Made by a program: the position numbers and the translations under genes. Source: Vicinamibacteria bacterium (GTDB taxonomy: Bacteria; Acidobacteriota; Vicinamibacteria; Marinacidobacterales; Marinacidobacteraceae). From it: a stretch of DNA of 64,000 nt. The stretch lies in NCBI GenBank assembly GCA_963668695.2, contig CAXXLQ010000004.1, positions 1,312,001 through 1,376,000 of the forward strand, in the 5' to 3' direction. This document shows, one piece after another, positions 29,809 through 39,721 of this stretch (positions are counted from its first letter, which is position 1; the number at the start of each line of letters is the position of its first letter). Under the pieces are notes generated by a model. That model saw only the letters and a list, made by a program, of their open reading frames with translations, was not told the DNA's origin and searched no databases.

Positions 29809-30216
29809 TTGAAGATTGAAGAAGCGAGTCCGTTCCTGCAGGCGAATGCCGTAGCGCAGCGGGTACGTCAACTGATCCTCGGGGCGGTGCCGAAGGTGAA
29901 GACTTCGTCGCGCCGGCCGACCGCGATTGCCCTCGCGGAATTGAAGGCCGGCAGGCTCGAGGTCTATGACCCGAGAGAGGCAGCGGAAATGCTGACGGAA
30001 GACAGCGAGGATCTCAGTGAGGAGGAGCGGGCGGCCGCCGAGGCGGCGCGCGCCAGCTTCGAGCAGATGTTCGCCGAGGCGGCTGGGGGTGTGGATCTCC
30101 ACGCCGCTGCCGAGCAGTTCGACGCGCCAGGGCGGGAACCGGAGGCCGGCCTTGGGGGGACGACGGCCGTAGCGGGGAGCGGGACCGAAGCGTCCACGGA
30201 AGCGCCGACCGAATAG
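29809..30216 (+). CDS. rpoZ: RNA polymerase omega subunit with acidic C-terminal extension
   Basis: SPFLQANAVAQRVRQLILGA.P...RPTAIALAELKAGRL fits the omega pattern. Confidence 0.7.
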   Translation: MKIEEASPFLQANAVAQRVRQLILGAVPKVKTSSRRPTAIALAELKAGRLEVYDPREAAEMLTEDSEDLSEEERAAAEAARASFEQMFAEAAGGVDLHAAAEQFDAPGREPEAGLGGTTAVAGSGTEASTEAPTE

Positions 30217-30300
30217 CCCCGCCCGGCGTCCCGCGGCGAACCGGGACAACTCGCTGGCGCACGCGCGCCTCTCGCGTACCCTTCGCGTGGGAGGAATTGT

Positions 30301-31620
30301 ATGAACTCCGGTTTTCTCCGAGGGGCCGCCGCTGCGGTTCTCGTTTGCTCGCTCGTCCCGGCCGCGGCCGAGGCCAAGACTGAAGCCCGCATCCGCTGGG
30401 AGCGGATGTGTCAGATCCGAGCTGACAAGTTCGATCTCGTTCTGCCCGAGGCAATGCGCGGGAACGGAATCGACATGTGGATCACGGTGATGAAGGAGGG
30501 ACACCGGGATCCCCTCTGGGAGGATCTCGGCCGCGGCTACGTCGGCAGCACCGGCTACATCATCTTTAGCGACCGGGGCGGTGACCGCATCGAGCGGGTC
30601 GCCATCGGGATCACCGGCTACAAGATCGAGCGTTGCGGGGTCTACGACCAGGTGGTCGGCAGCGCCGATCTCGCGGAGTTCGTGCGGGAGCGCGACCCGC
30701 AGCGCATCGGCGTGAACATGTCCCGCAGCATCGGGGCGGCCGACGGCCTTTCCCACACGAGTTGGCTGCACCTGCGGGAGACGCTCGGCGAGGCGTACGC
30801 GGATCGCATGGTCTCGGCCGAGAAATTGATTTCGGACTTTCGTTCCCGGCGGGTGGCGAGCGAGATCGTCGCCTTCGGAGAGGCTGGTGAGTGGTCGCGG
30901 AAGATCGCCGAGCGCGCCTTCTCGAACGAGGTGATTACCCCCGGGATTACGGCGCTCGAGGACGTCGCCTGGTGGGTCGAGCAGCAACTGCTCGAGAACG
31001 GTCTCGACACCTCCTTCGGGATGCCCTCCATCTACATCACCGGTCCAACCGGCATCGAGGCCACCTCGAACGAACGGATCATCCAGCGGGGCGACCTGTT
31101 GATGATTGATTGGGGAGTCGGGTATCTGAACTTCTACACGGACATGAAGCGGATCGCCTACGTCCTCCGGGAAGGCGAAGTGGCTGTGCCTCCGGGCATC
31201 CAGAACGCCTTCGATCGCGGGCGCGCCGCCCGGGACGTGATTCGCCGTACCATCAAGCCGGGGCCCACGGCGGGGGCCATGCTGGAGCGGCTCGGCGAGG
31301 CGCTGACCGAGGCCGGTTTCCAGGTGATCGAATTCAACCAGCCGACCGGCCAGGACACGACGGACGTGGTGATCGGCTGTCATTCGGTGGGCAACCTCGG
31401 CCACGGGATCGGTCCCTCGATCGCCTGGTTCAACCCGACCCGTCTGGAATACGAAATCGTGCCCTCGAATATGTTTTCCATCGAGCTCTTCGCCTACACC
31501 AAGGCGGATGAGTTCGGCGGGGCCAAGATCCGCATCCCGCTCGAAGATGACGCCATCGTCACCGCGCGGGGCGTGGAGTGGTTTTATCCCGCGAACGACC
31601 GGATCCTGCTGATCCGCTAA
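30301..31620 (+). CDS. M24-family (Xaa-Pro) aminopeptidase, secreted
   Basis: GDLLMIDWG..FYTDMKR, GHGIG, FSIE and LEDD metal-ligand pattern. Confidence 0.88.
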   Translation: MNSGFLRGAAAAVLVCSLVPAAAEAKTEARIRWERMCQIRADKFDLVLPEAMRGNGIDMWITVMKEGHRDPLWEDLGRGYVGSTGYIIFSDRGGDRIERVAIGITGYKIERCGVYDQVVGSADLAEFVRERDPQRIGVNMSRSIGAADGLSHTSWLHLRETLGEAYADRMVSAEKLISDFRSRRVASEIVAFGEAGEWSRKIAERAFSNEVITPGITALEDVAWWVEQQLLENGLDTSFGMPSIYITGPTGIEATSNERIIQRGDLLMIDWGVGYLNFYTDMKRIAYVLREGEVAVPPGIQNAFDRGRAARDVIRRTIKPGPTAGAMLERLGEALTEAGFQVIEFNQPTGQDTTDVVIGCHSVGNLGHGIGPSIAWFNPTRLEYEIVPSNMFSIELFAYTKADEFGGAKIRIPLEDDAIVTARGVEWFYPANDRILLIR

Positions 31621-31630
31621 GGAGGCCGAC

Positions 31631-34069
31631 ATGCGGCCAATTCTCGTCATTCCCACCGCAGCCCTCTTCCTCATCCTGCCCGCGTTGGCGAGCGCCCAGC
31701 TCCGCTCCCAGTCGGAGTTGAACGCCCGGGACGCCGATCCGGGCTTCCGACTGACCCTGGATCATCTCGGGGGAGGCGATCGCGTTTTCGGCCTGGCGCC
31801 GCGCGACCTGAGTTGGTCACCCGACGGCAAGGAGGTCTATTTCCGCTGGCGCGAGGATCCGAAGCCCGGACAGCTACCGGATGACGATCCCTGGTTTTCG
31901 GTCGATGGCGACGGCCGGGACCTCAGGCAACTGGACGACGCCGAGATCCGCCTCGTTCCGGGGACGAACATGGTGCGCACGGTCTCGGGGGACACGGCCG
32001 CCTGGAGTTCGGAAGGCTCCCTGTACGTGTGGACTGCGGACGGCGGAACACGCGCGGTGTACGCGGTCGCCGGGCGGCTCGGCCAGCTCCGCCTGCGCCC
32101 GGACGGGAGCCCAAACGGGAAGAGGGTCCTCTTCGCTACCAAGGGACTCTCGGCGAACTCCGAGGAGAGCGGCGACCTCTGGGAACATGACCTCGCGTCC
32201 GGAACCACCCGCCAGATTGCGGCGGTGGTCCCTGAGAAGGAGAAGGACACCAAGCAGCAGGAATGGCTGAAGGCCCAGCAGAACGAACTGGTCCGGGTGG
32301 TGCGCGAACGAAAGGAGCGGGAGGAACGCCGCGACCAGCTTCGCCGCGACCACAACGATCTGTTGCCGCAGGAGATCCCGGTCCCCAAGGGCGAGAAAGC
32401 GGTGGACATCCGGATGTCCACCGACGGCAAATACCTCGTTTTCCGGTCGCGGAAGGACCCCTCGGAACCGAAGCGCACGAGCTTCATGGAGTTCGTGAAC
32501 GAGAGCGGGCAGGCCACCGAGAAGGACGCCCGCCCGAAGGTCGGAGAAGCACTCCCCTCATCGCGCCTCGGCATCGTGGCGGTGGACCAGACCGTCCGCA
32601 CGGAGGACATCGAGATCCGTTGGGTGGAGGATGGAATCGAGAAGGACACCGTCATGCACGGCCCCTGGTGGAGCCCTGATGGGAAACAGGCGGCGGTTCA
32701 GGTGCTCTCCATGGACCATAAGGAGCGTTGGATCGCGCTGCTGGACATCGAGGCCGGGACCCTGCGCCACCTCGACCACCAGCAGGAGGAGGCCTGGGTC
32801 GGCGGACCGCTGGTGGTCGGCCGCTGGTCGCCGGGCTATCTCGAATGGCTCCCGGACAGCCAGGCCTTCGCCTTCGGCTCCACGGCGAGCGGCTGGGCGA
32901 TGCTGCTGCTCGCGAATCTCGAAGGCGAGGTGACGGCCCTGACCGAAGGGCAATTCGAGGTGCGGCGGGCGGAACTCGCCCCCGGAGGGGACTCCTTCCT
33001 CGTCACCACCAGCCAGGAGCATCCCGGTGAGGAACACCTCTACCGGTTGCCGGCTCGCGGCGGCGCGCTGGAACAGGTTACGAGCGGCGAGGGGATGCAC
33101 TCCTGGGCGGTGTCCCCGGACGGGAGCCGGGTCGCTGCGGTCAGTCAGTCGCTCACTGAGTTCGGCGACCTCTATCTGATGGATGCGGTAGCCGCGGCCG
33201 AGCCCATGCGGATCACGAAGAGCGGGACCGATGCGTTCTACCGGACTGCCTGGGCGGGCAGCGAGATCGTGGAGTACGACCTGCCCGACGGGACGACTGC
33301 GTGGGCGCGGATCTGGGATGCACCTGCGGGTGCGACCCCCGGAGCGACGCCGGCGGTGGTCTATGCCCACGGCTGCGGCGAATGCGCCCAGGCGGTCGTG
33401 AAGGGTTGGGCCCGAGCCGGGAGCATCGTCTACGCCAACTACCTGCTCCAAAACGGCTACGCCGCAGCGTCGGTGGACTACCGGGGCAGCTCGGGTTACG
33501 GACACCGGAACCGCACCTACGCCTACCGGCAGATGGGGATCTCGGACATCGACAGCGCGCTGCCGCTGCTCGACATCCTGGTGGACCAGTACGGGGTGGC
33601 GCGCGACCGGATCGGAGTCTACGGCGGCTCCTACGGGGGCTTCTTCACCCTCATGTCCCTCTTCCGGAACCCGGGGAAATACGCCGCCGGGGTGGCGCTC
33701 TACCCGGTTACCGACTGGGTCCACTACAACCAGGGATACACGAGCCGGATCCTGAACGGCAGCCAGCTCGACGACGAGGAGGCCTACCGGGTCTCGAGTC
33801 CGGTGTACTACGCCGATGGGCTACAGGACGCGCTGCAGATTCAGCACGGGCTGGTGGACAACAACGTCCAGATTCAGGACTCCTTCCGGCTGGCGCAGAT
33901 CCTCATCGAGAAGCAGAAGGACTTCGATCTGGTCGTCTACCCCGTCGAGGACCACGGCTGGGACGAGATCCCCACCCGCCGCGACAGCTACCGCCGCATG
34001 ACGGACTTCTTCGACCGGCACCTGGGTGGCGGATCGGGTGGGATAAACCCGACCACGGATCCGCGTTAA
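31631..34069 (+). CDS. S9-family (prolyl oligopeptidase/DPP-IV-like) peptidase, secreted
   Basis: GVYGGSYGG nucleophile, HGLVDNNV and EDHG; WSPDG propeller repeats. Confidence 0.93.
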   Translation: MRPILVIPTAALFLILPALASAQLRSQSELNARDADPGFRLTLDHLGGGDRVFGLAPRDLSWSPDGKEVYFRWREDPKPGQLPDDDPWFSVDGDGRDLRQLDDAEIRLVPGTNMVRTVSGDTAAWSSEGSLYVWTADGGTRAVYAVAGRLGQLRLRPDGSPNGKRVLFATKGLSANSEESGDLWEHDLASGTTRQIAAVVPEKEKDTKQQEWLKAQQNELVRVVRERKEREERRDQLRRDHNDLLPQEIPVPKGEKAVDIRMSTDGKYLVFRSRKDPSEPKRTSFMEFVNESGQATEKDARPKVGEALPSSRLGIVAVDQTVRTEDIEIRWVEDGIEKDTVMHGPWWSPDGKQAAVQVLSMDHKERWIALLDIEAGTLRHLDHQQEEAWVGGPLVVGRWSPGYLEWLPDSQAFAFGSTASGWAMLLLANLEGEVTALTEGQFEVRRAELAPGGDSFLVTTSQEHPGEEHLYRLPARGGALEQVTSGEGMHSWAVSPDGSRVAAVSQSLTEFGDLYLMDAVAAAEPMRITKSGTDAFYRTAWAGSEIVEYDLPDGTTAWARIWDAPAGATPGATPAVVYAHGCGECAQAVVKGWARAGSIVYANYLLQNGYAAASVDYRGSSGYGHRNRTYAYRQMGISDIDSALPLLDILVDQYGVARDRIGVYGGSYGGFFTLMSLFRNPGKYAAGVALYPVTDWVHYNQGYTSRILNGSQLDDEEAYRVSSPVYYADGLQDALQIQHGLVDNNVQIQDSFRLAQILIEKQKDFDLVVYPVEDHGWDEIPTRRDSYRRMTDFFDRHLGGGSGGINPTTDPR

Positions 34070-34084
34070 GGAGCGCTTAGGAAC

Positions 34085-34245
34085 GGGACCGCCGGCCAGT
34101 TCTCCCGGTGGGGGCCTCCAGACCGGCATCGCTCCCCGCAGGGGAGCGAAACCGCACCCCGCCGACGAGAAGAATGCTCGGCAATGACCGGGACTGCCGG
34201 CCTCCGGCCGGTATCGCGGCCCGCAGGGCGGCGATACCGGGGACC
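34085..34245 (+). repeat. REP-like cluster (family B) carrying the 15-bp micro-insert
   Basis: GGGACCGCCGG[..]CCTCCAGACCGGCA, CGCTCCCC-GCA-GGGGAGCG and GGGACTGCCGGCCTCCGGCCGG. Confidence 0.7.
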
Positions 34246-34266
34246 GCTGATCGGGGTGACGGTGCG

Positions 34267-34623
34267 CTAGGGCAACGCGGGGGTGGCCGCCTGCGCATCC
34301 CGGCAGGCATTCGTCCGCCGGTAGCCGATCCACGCAGAGATCGCGGCCGCCGCCGAAGCCAACTGCCGTCGATCTGATCGTCCCGCTCGTCATAGGTCAT
34401 CGTCACCGCGAGGGCCCACAGCATGAAACCCAGGTCCACGAGGGGCCACATCCGGCTGCTTGTGCACGGGACGCCGCCCGGGTAGACGCCGGTAGCGTCG
34501 TAGTCGGATTCGCTTGGCTTCGGTGGACCTTGCGTCAGGACGATCGAGCAGCCTCCGGCCAGGATCGTGAAGAACGGGGCCTACCGCCGGAAGGCGACGC
34601 AGTTGAGCGTTTCTGGTGCGCAC
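34267..34623 (-). pseudogene. Frameshifted small membrane lipoprotein remnant
   Basis: Joining three frames gives MRTRNAQLRRLPAV / APFFTILAGGCSIVLTQGPP...CTSSRMWPLVDLGFMLW... / LASAAAAISAWIGYRRTNACRDAQ*. Confidence 0.45.
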
Positions 34624-34641
34624 GGCGGGCTGCTTCAGCTT

Positions 34642-36351
34642 TCAGGTCGACCTGCGGAGCACGCGACCCGGGAGCGCGCCGGTGAAGCGGCCGTCCCGGC
34701 TCACGGGCTGGCCGTTCACGAAGGTGGCGCGGATTCCGGTGGCCCGGGCCCGGGGATTCTCGAGGGTGGCGTGGTCGGCGATCTCCTCTTTGTCGAACAG
34801 AACGAGATCGGCGGGAAAGCCGTTCGCGATCCGGCCGCGGTGCCTCAGTCCGACGATGTCGGCCGGCAGCGAGGTCATGCGCCGGACGGCCTCTTCCAGT
34901 GACAGGAGCCCTTCCTCCCGCACGTAGCGGCCGAGCACCCGCGGGAACGCACCGTAGGCGGCCGGGTGAGAGGAGCCCTTCCCGTAATCGTTCGCGTCGG
35001 TGATGAACGCGACCTCGGGATCGGAGACGAGCGTCCTGAGTCCGTCTTCGCCGCTGATGTCCAGCACGAACTGCCCCACTGCGCCGTCCTCCTCCAGCAT
35101 GAGGTCGGAAATCGCCTCGAAGGGGAGTGTGGTGCGCCGATTCCCGAGTTCGGCGAGAGACAGACCCACGTCGCCGCGCGAGCCGGCGCTTTCCACGCTC
35201 GAAACCTGAATGCCGTCCCAACCGACCGCCGACACGAGGTTGTGGGGCCAGCCTCCCGGCTCCCAGGGAGGCCACTCGGGAGTTCGCTCCTCGATGTCCC
35301 TCCCGATCCGAGCCCGGACTTCCGGATCACGGAGCCGTGCGAGAAGCTCGCCCGGGCCGCCTTCGAGCGCCCAGGGGGGGTAGATGGCGTACATCATGGT
35401 CGCCGCCACCGGATAGGGGAACATGTCCGCCGAGACGCGCACACCTTCCGCCCGGGCTTCACGCTCGATCTCGAGAAAGGTCGCGAGCTTCGACCAGTGA
35501 TCCCGACCCACCGCTTCGGCGTGGCTGTGGTGCACCCGGATCTCGGCACCCCGCCCGATCTCGATGAGCTCTCCGACCGCCGGGAGCAGGGTTTCGCTCG
35601 AACCCCGGACGTGGGCAGTGAACACCCCGTCCGATTCCCGCAGCGAGCGGGCGAGTCCGAGGAGTTCTTCGGTGGCGCTGAACATTCCCGGCGGGTAGAT
35701 GAGCCCGCAGGAAAGACCGTAGGCGCCTTCTTCCAGGCTTTGTTCGAGGGCCCGCGCCATCGCGGCCCGCTCCCCGCCCTCCGGAGCCCCCGGCCGAAGT
35801 CCCATCGCCCCGAGGCGCAGGAGGCCGTGGGGAACGAGCGCCGCCACGTTGACCGGCAGACCCCGGGTTTCCAGCGTCGAGAAGTAGTCGGCAAGCGACG
35901 ACCATCGCCAGGAAGCGCCCTCCGGTGTCATCCAGGCGTGCACCGCCGGGGCGAGGTCCCGGGCTTCCCCGAAGAGCGGCGCCGCTCCGAGCCCGCAGTT
36001 TCCGATCACCTCGGTGGTGATGCCTTGGGCCAACCGGCCCGCGAGAAGCGTGTCCCGATCCGGTCGGCCGCTCGCGAGCAGCAGATCGCCATGGGAATGG
36101 ATGTCTACGAAACCGGGAGCGGCGACGAGGCCATCAGCATCTACTTCGCGAAGCGCCTCTCCCTCGGGAGAGACAAAGCGGCCGTTACGGATTCCGAGGT
36201 CCCCGTGCCGCGCGGGCGCCCCGGTACCGTCCACGACCAGTGCGTTCCGGATCCGGTAGTCGAGCGTGGCGGGGTGCGCCGGGCGCGCCTGGCCGCAAGC
36301 CGCGCCGAAAAGACCGGCGGCGAGGGCGCCGCCGAACTCCCGCCGGTTCAT
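34642..36351 (-). CDS. N-acyl-D-amino-acid deacylase (D-aminoacylase) family amidohydrolase
   Basis: APGFVDIHSHGD, GITTEVIGNCG, HPAAYGAFPRVLG and ADLVLFD; Tat-like MNRREF. Confidence 0.9.
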   Translation of the reverse strand: MNRREFGGALAAGLFGAACGQARPAHPATLDYRIRNALVVDGTGAPARHGDLGIRNGRFVSPEGEALREVDADGLVAAPGFVDIHSHGDLLLASGRPDRDTLLAGRLAQGITTEVIGNCGLGAAPLFGEARDLAPAVHAWMTPEGASWRWSSLADYFSTLETRGLPVNVAALVPHGLLRLGAMGLRPGAPEGGERAAMARALEQSLEEGAYGLSCGLIYPPGMFSATEELLGLARSLRESDGVFTAHVRGSSETLLPAVGELIEIGRGAEIRVHHSHAEAVGRDHWSKLATFLEIEREARAEGVRVSADMFPYPVAATMMYAIYPPWALEGGPGELLARLRDPEVRARIGRDIEERTPEWPPWEPGGWPHNLVSAVGWDGIQVSSVESAGSRGDVGLSLAELGNRRTTLPFEAISDLMLEEDGAVGQFVLDISGEDGLRTLVSDPEVAFITDANDYGKGSSHPAAYGAFPRVLGRYVREEGLLSLEEAVRRMTSLPADIVGLRHRGRIANGFPADLVLFDKEEIADHATLENPRARATGIRATFVNGQPVSRDGRFTGALPGRVLRRST

Positions 36352-36540
36352 TTCACCCATCGGACGGTTCCGGTATATCGGGCGCCCGCCTTGCGAGGGC
36401 CGACGCGGGGGGTCCAAAAGCGACCGAATCGTCACCATCGCCCATATGATGCACCCTGTGCTGAAAATCGGGTGGGTCGCTGGCGCCATCGACGTGATGC
36501 TCCAGAGACACGCGGCGGGCGGCGCAGACGAGGCGCGACC

Positions 36541-37515
36541 GTGACATCCCTGGGCAATCGACTTCGCGTCGCGACGGTCTGGTTGGACAGTTGGGCGTAC
36601 ACGCCTGACCCCAACAAGGACGCCATGCGCGTCGACTGGGCCCGGGTGGCGCCCTTCATCGGCATCCACCTGATGTGCCTGGGCCCGATCTGGGTGGGAT
36701 GGAGCTGGACGGCGGTGGGCGTGGCGGTGGCGCTCTACTGGATCCGCGCGTTCGCCATCACCGCCTTCTATCACCGGTATTTCTCGCACCGCACGTTCCG
36801 CACGTCGCGATTCCTGCAGTTTCTCTACGCAGTGCTTGGCGCGTCGGCCGTGCAGCGGGGCCCGTTGTGGTGGGCGGCGCACCACCGGCTGCACCACCGC
36901 AACTCGGACGGCCCGAAGGATGTCCACTCACCCCACCAGCACGGCTTCTGGTGGAGCCATATGGGTTGGATCACCGCCCCGGCCAACTTTCCCACGCGGC
37001 TCGACGCGGTGCCCGACCTCGTGCGCTACCCGGAGTTGCGGCTGCTGGATCGGTTCGACCTGGTGGTGCCCGCGTTCCTGGCCACCGGACTCTTCCTCCT
37101 CGGCGCGGTCCTCGAGGGTGCCGGGGTGAACACCAGCGGCGCGCAGTTGCTCGTGTGGGGTTTCTTCATCTCCACGGTGGCCCTCTTTCACGGCACCAGC
37201 ACGATCAACTCGCTGGCGCATCAGATGGGGCGGCGCCGGTACGCGACCCGCGACGACAGCCGCAACAGCCTGCTGCTGGCCCTGCTGACGATGGGCGAGG
37301 GCTGGCACAACAATCACCATCGCTACCCCGCCGCCACGCGGCAGGGCTTCTTCTGGTGGGAGATCGACATGACCTACTACCTGCTGGTCGTCATGTCGTG
37401 GCTCGGGCTCGTCCGGAATCTGCACCCCGTACCGGCGCGCGTGAAGCTCGGCGCCACCGACGCGGCGAGCGGCGGGAGCCGTCTTGGCGGTCAGGGGCCG
37501 GCCGCGCCGGGATAA
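36541..37515 (+). CDS. Acyl-CoA (delta-9-type) fatty acid desaturase
   Basis: His boxes YHRYFSH, HHRLHH and GEGWHNNHH; INSLAH. Confidence 0.95.
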   Translation: MTSLGNRLRVATVWLDSWAYTPDPNKDAMRVDWARVAPFIGIHLMCLGPIWVGWSWTAVGVAVALYWIRAFAITAFYHRYFSHRTFRTSRFLQFLYAVLGASAVQRGPLWWAAHHRLHHRNSDGPKDVHSPHQHGFWWSHMGWITAPANFPTRLDAVPDLVRYPELRLLDRFDLVVPAFLATGLFLLGAVLEGAGVNTSGAQLLVWGFFISTVALFHGTSTINSLAHQMGRRRYATRDDSRNSLLLALLTMGEGWHNNHHRYPAATRQGFFWWEIDMTYYLLVVMSWLGLVRNLHPVPARVKLGATDAASGGSRLGGQGPAAPG

Positions 37516-37659
37516 AGCCGCCACCGGGCGAAACGCACGCGATCGAAACCGAAGGGGCACGCCCGGGGTTCCCGCGCGGAGCCTTCGAACCGGTTGGGGC
37601 GAACCGGTTGCGGGCTGCCCCCGACGGACGGCGGGAGGACCGGTGCGGGCGGAAGGATC

Positions 37660-38331
37660 TCACTTGGTGCTCACTACCTCGTCGAGCGGGAGGCGCCGGA
37701 TATCCGGCACCTCCGCCCCGGGTTTCGGGTAGCCGACCACGAGGAGCAGGAACGGAACCTCGTTCGCGGGGCGGTCGAGCAACTCGTTCAGGAATCGCAT
37801 CGGGCTCGGGGTGTGGGTGAGCGTCGCGAGTCCGGCGTGGTGGAGCGCCGCGATCAGGAACCCGGTGGCGATTCCCACCGATTCGGAGTGGTAGTAGTTC
37901 CGGATCCGGTTCCCGTCCGCGCCGACGGTGTAGCGCTGCATGAAAATGGCGATCAGCACCGGAGCTTCGGTGAGGAACGGTTTGCTGGCGTCGGTGCCCA
38001 GGGGTTCGAGGGCCGCAAGCCACTCCGGCGGCGCCCTGCCGCCGTAGAACGCCCGCTCCTCGGCCTCCGCCGCCTCGCGGAGCCGCGCCTTGATCGCGGC
38101 GTCCTGCACCACCACGAATCGCCAGGGCTGCAGGTTGGCCCCGCTCGGAGCCGAGGCCGCGGTGCGGAGCGCCGCCTCGATCACACCGTGGGGCACCGGA
38201 CGGGAGTCGAACTCCCGGACCGTGCGCCGCCGGACCATGTGCTCGAGGAACCGCCGGGCCCGCTCGACCATCTCCTCCGGAGGGAAGGCGGGGAAGTCAA
38301 GCTCCACGGCGCCCCGCGGGTTTTCCGACAC
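37660..38331 (-). CDS. Iodotyrosine deiodinase-like nitroreductase
   Basis: [39 protein letters not shown] and THTPSP. Confidence 0.85.
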   Translation of the reverse strand: MSENPRGAVELDFPAFPPEEMVERARRFLEHMVRRRTVREFDSRPVPHGVIEAALRTAASAPSGANLQPWRFVVVQDAAIKARLREAAEAEERAFYGGRAPPEWLAALEPLGTDASKPFLTEAPVLIAIFMQRYTVGADGNRIRNYYHSESVGIATGFLIAALHHAGLATLTHTPSPMRFLNELLDRPANEVPFLLLVVGYPKPGAEVPDIRRLPLDEVVSTK

Positions 38332-38337
38332 GGTTAG

Positions 38338-38643
38338 CAGCCTGTGGACAAAGTCACGCGGCATTCCCGAGCCAGAAGAGATGGGGGTCGGGTGCCCCGT
38401 CCCCCGCCTCTTCCGCTCCGGGGTCTCCGCGGTGCTGGCGCCCCGCTCCGGAAGCGACCGGGCGATGCATCCCGGCTGAACCGCCCCCCCACCGGGAGAA
38501 CTGGCGCTTCGCGTCGCTCATCGTTGCGCTTCGGTCGAAATACACTCGGTATTCCTCCCTCGCGGGCCTCGTCAGCCGGCCGCCTCACCGGCCAGTTCTC
38601 CCGGTGGGGGCCTCGGTCCTCACGTCACTCTGTCCACAGGCTG
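38338..38643 (+). mobile_element. MITE (family A variant)
   Basis: TTAG-CAGCCTGTGGACA...TGTCCACAGGCTG-CTAG. Confidence 0.85.
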
Positions 38644-38710
38644 CTAGCTCGCCCGTCGTTTGCGCGCGTTGGGGCTGGCGTGCACGAGAGATGGCTGGGG
38701 CCCTCGCGCC

Positions 38711-39721
38711 TCAGCGCGCCCGGCAGATGTGGCGGATGATGGCCTCACCGTGGAAGCGGCCGTTCTCGATGAACACCATGTTGGTGCGGCGGCCGGCCAC
38801 CACCCCGCCGGCGAGGTAGAGCCCGGGCACCTCGGTAGCGAGGGTTTCGGGATCGGTGACCGGCCTCCCGTCCGGGCCTTCGCTGCGGACGCCCAGCGAT
38901 TCGAGGAACCCGTAGTTCGGCCGGTAACCGAGGAGCGCCAACACGAAGTCGTTCGGAAGCTCGTGCCTCCCGCCCTGGCGGTCCCGCAGGGTCAGGGAGT
39001 CCATTCGGATCTCCTCGACCACCGAACCGAGAAAGCCGGTGATCTCGCGCCGCGCCAGACGGTTCTGAATGTCCGGCCGTACCCAGTACTTGAGGTGCGA
39101 CGAGAGAGTCTCGCCGCGATGGATCAGGGTGACCTCGACGCCCGCCCGGAAAAGCTCGAGCGCGGCCTCGGCCGCCGAGTTTCCCCCGCCGATCACCGCG
39201 ACCCGCGATCCGAAATAGGGGTGGGTTTCGACGTACCGGTAGGAGACCTTGTCGAGTTCCGCCCCCGGAACGTCGAGACGGTTCGGATTGTCGTAATAGC
39301 CAATCGCCATGACCACGTTCCGGGCCCGCACCGGTTCCGGATCGGGGATACCCTGCCGCTCGCTCTTCAGGTGGAGCGTGAAGATGTCCCCATTCGCCCT
39401 ACTGTCGCGCGCGACTCGCACGACCTTCGTGAAAAGCCGCGGATGTAGGTCGTAGCGCTGGGCGACCTTCCGGTAGTAGACGAGCGCTTCGTAGCGCGAC
39501 GGCTTCTCGCGGTGGCAGACGAGAGGAAGTCCGCCGATCTCAAGCAACTCCGGGGTGGTGAAGAACACCATGTTGATCGGGAAACGGCGGATGGCGTCCA
39601 CGAGGCCGCCCTTTTCGATGACCTCGTAGGAGAGTCCCGCGCGCTGACACTCGATTGCCGTCGCGAGCCCCGAGGGCCCGCCCCCGACGATCGCTACATC
39701 GAGGACGCCGTCAGTCTTCAT
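38711..39721 (-). CDS. ypdA: YpdA-family flavoprotein (putative bacillithiol disulfide reductase)
   Basis: GGGPSG, FPINMVFFTTPELLEIG, GGGNSA, LKYWVRPDIQNR and FIENGRFHG. Confidence 0.88.
   Translation of the reverse strand: MKTDGVLDVAIVGGGPSGLATAIECQRAGLSYEVIEKGGLVDAIRRFPINMVFFTTPELLEIGGLPLVCHREKPSRYEALVYYRKVAQRYDLHPRLFTKVVRVARDSRANGDIFTLHLKSERQGIPDPEPVRARNVVMAIGYYDNPNRLDVPGAELDKVSYRYVETHPYFGSRVAVIGGGNSAAEAALELFRAGVEVTLIHRGETLSSHLKYWVRPDIQNRLARREITGFLGSVVEEIRMDSLTLRDRQGGRHELPNDFVLALLGYRPNYGFLESLGVRSEGPDGRPVTDPETLATEVPGLYLAGGVVAGRRTNMVFIENGRFHGEAIIRHICRAR

Noticed and set aside
29680-31674. 664-aa minus-strand ORF
   Set aside because: Shadow of rpoZ and the M24 peptidase.
34642-37515. Apparent long overlap of 761-aa and 849-aa ORFs
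   Set aside because: Each extension is the antisense of the other gene; the real genes are divergent from 36351 and 36541.
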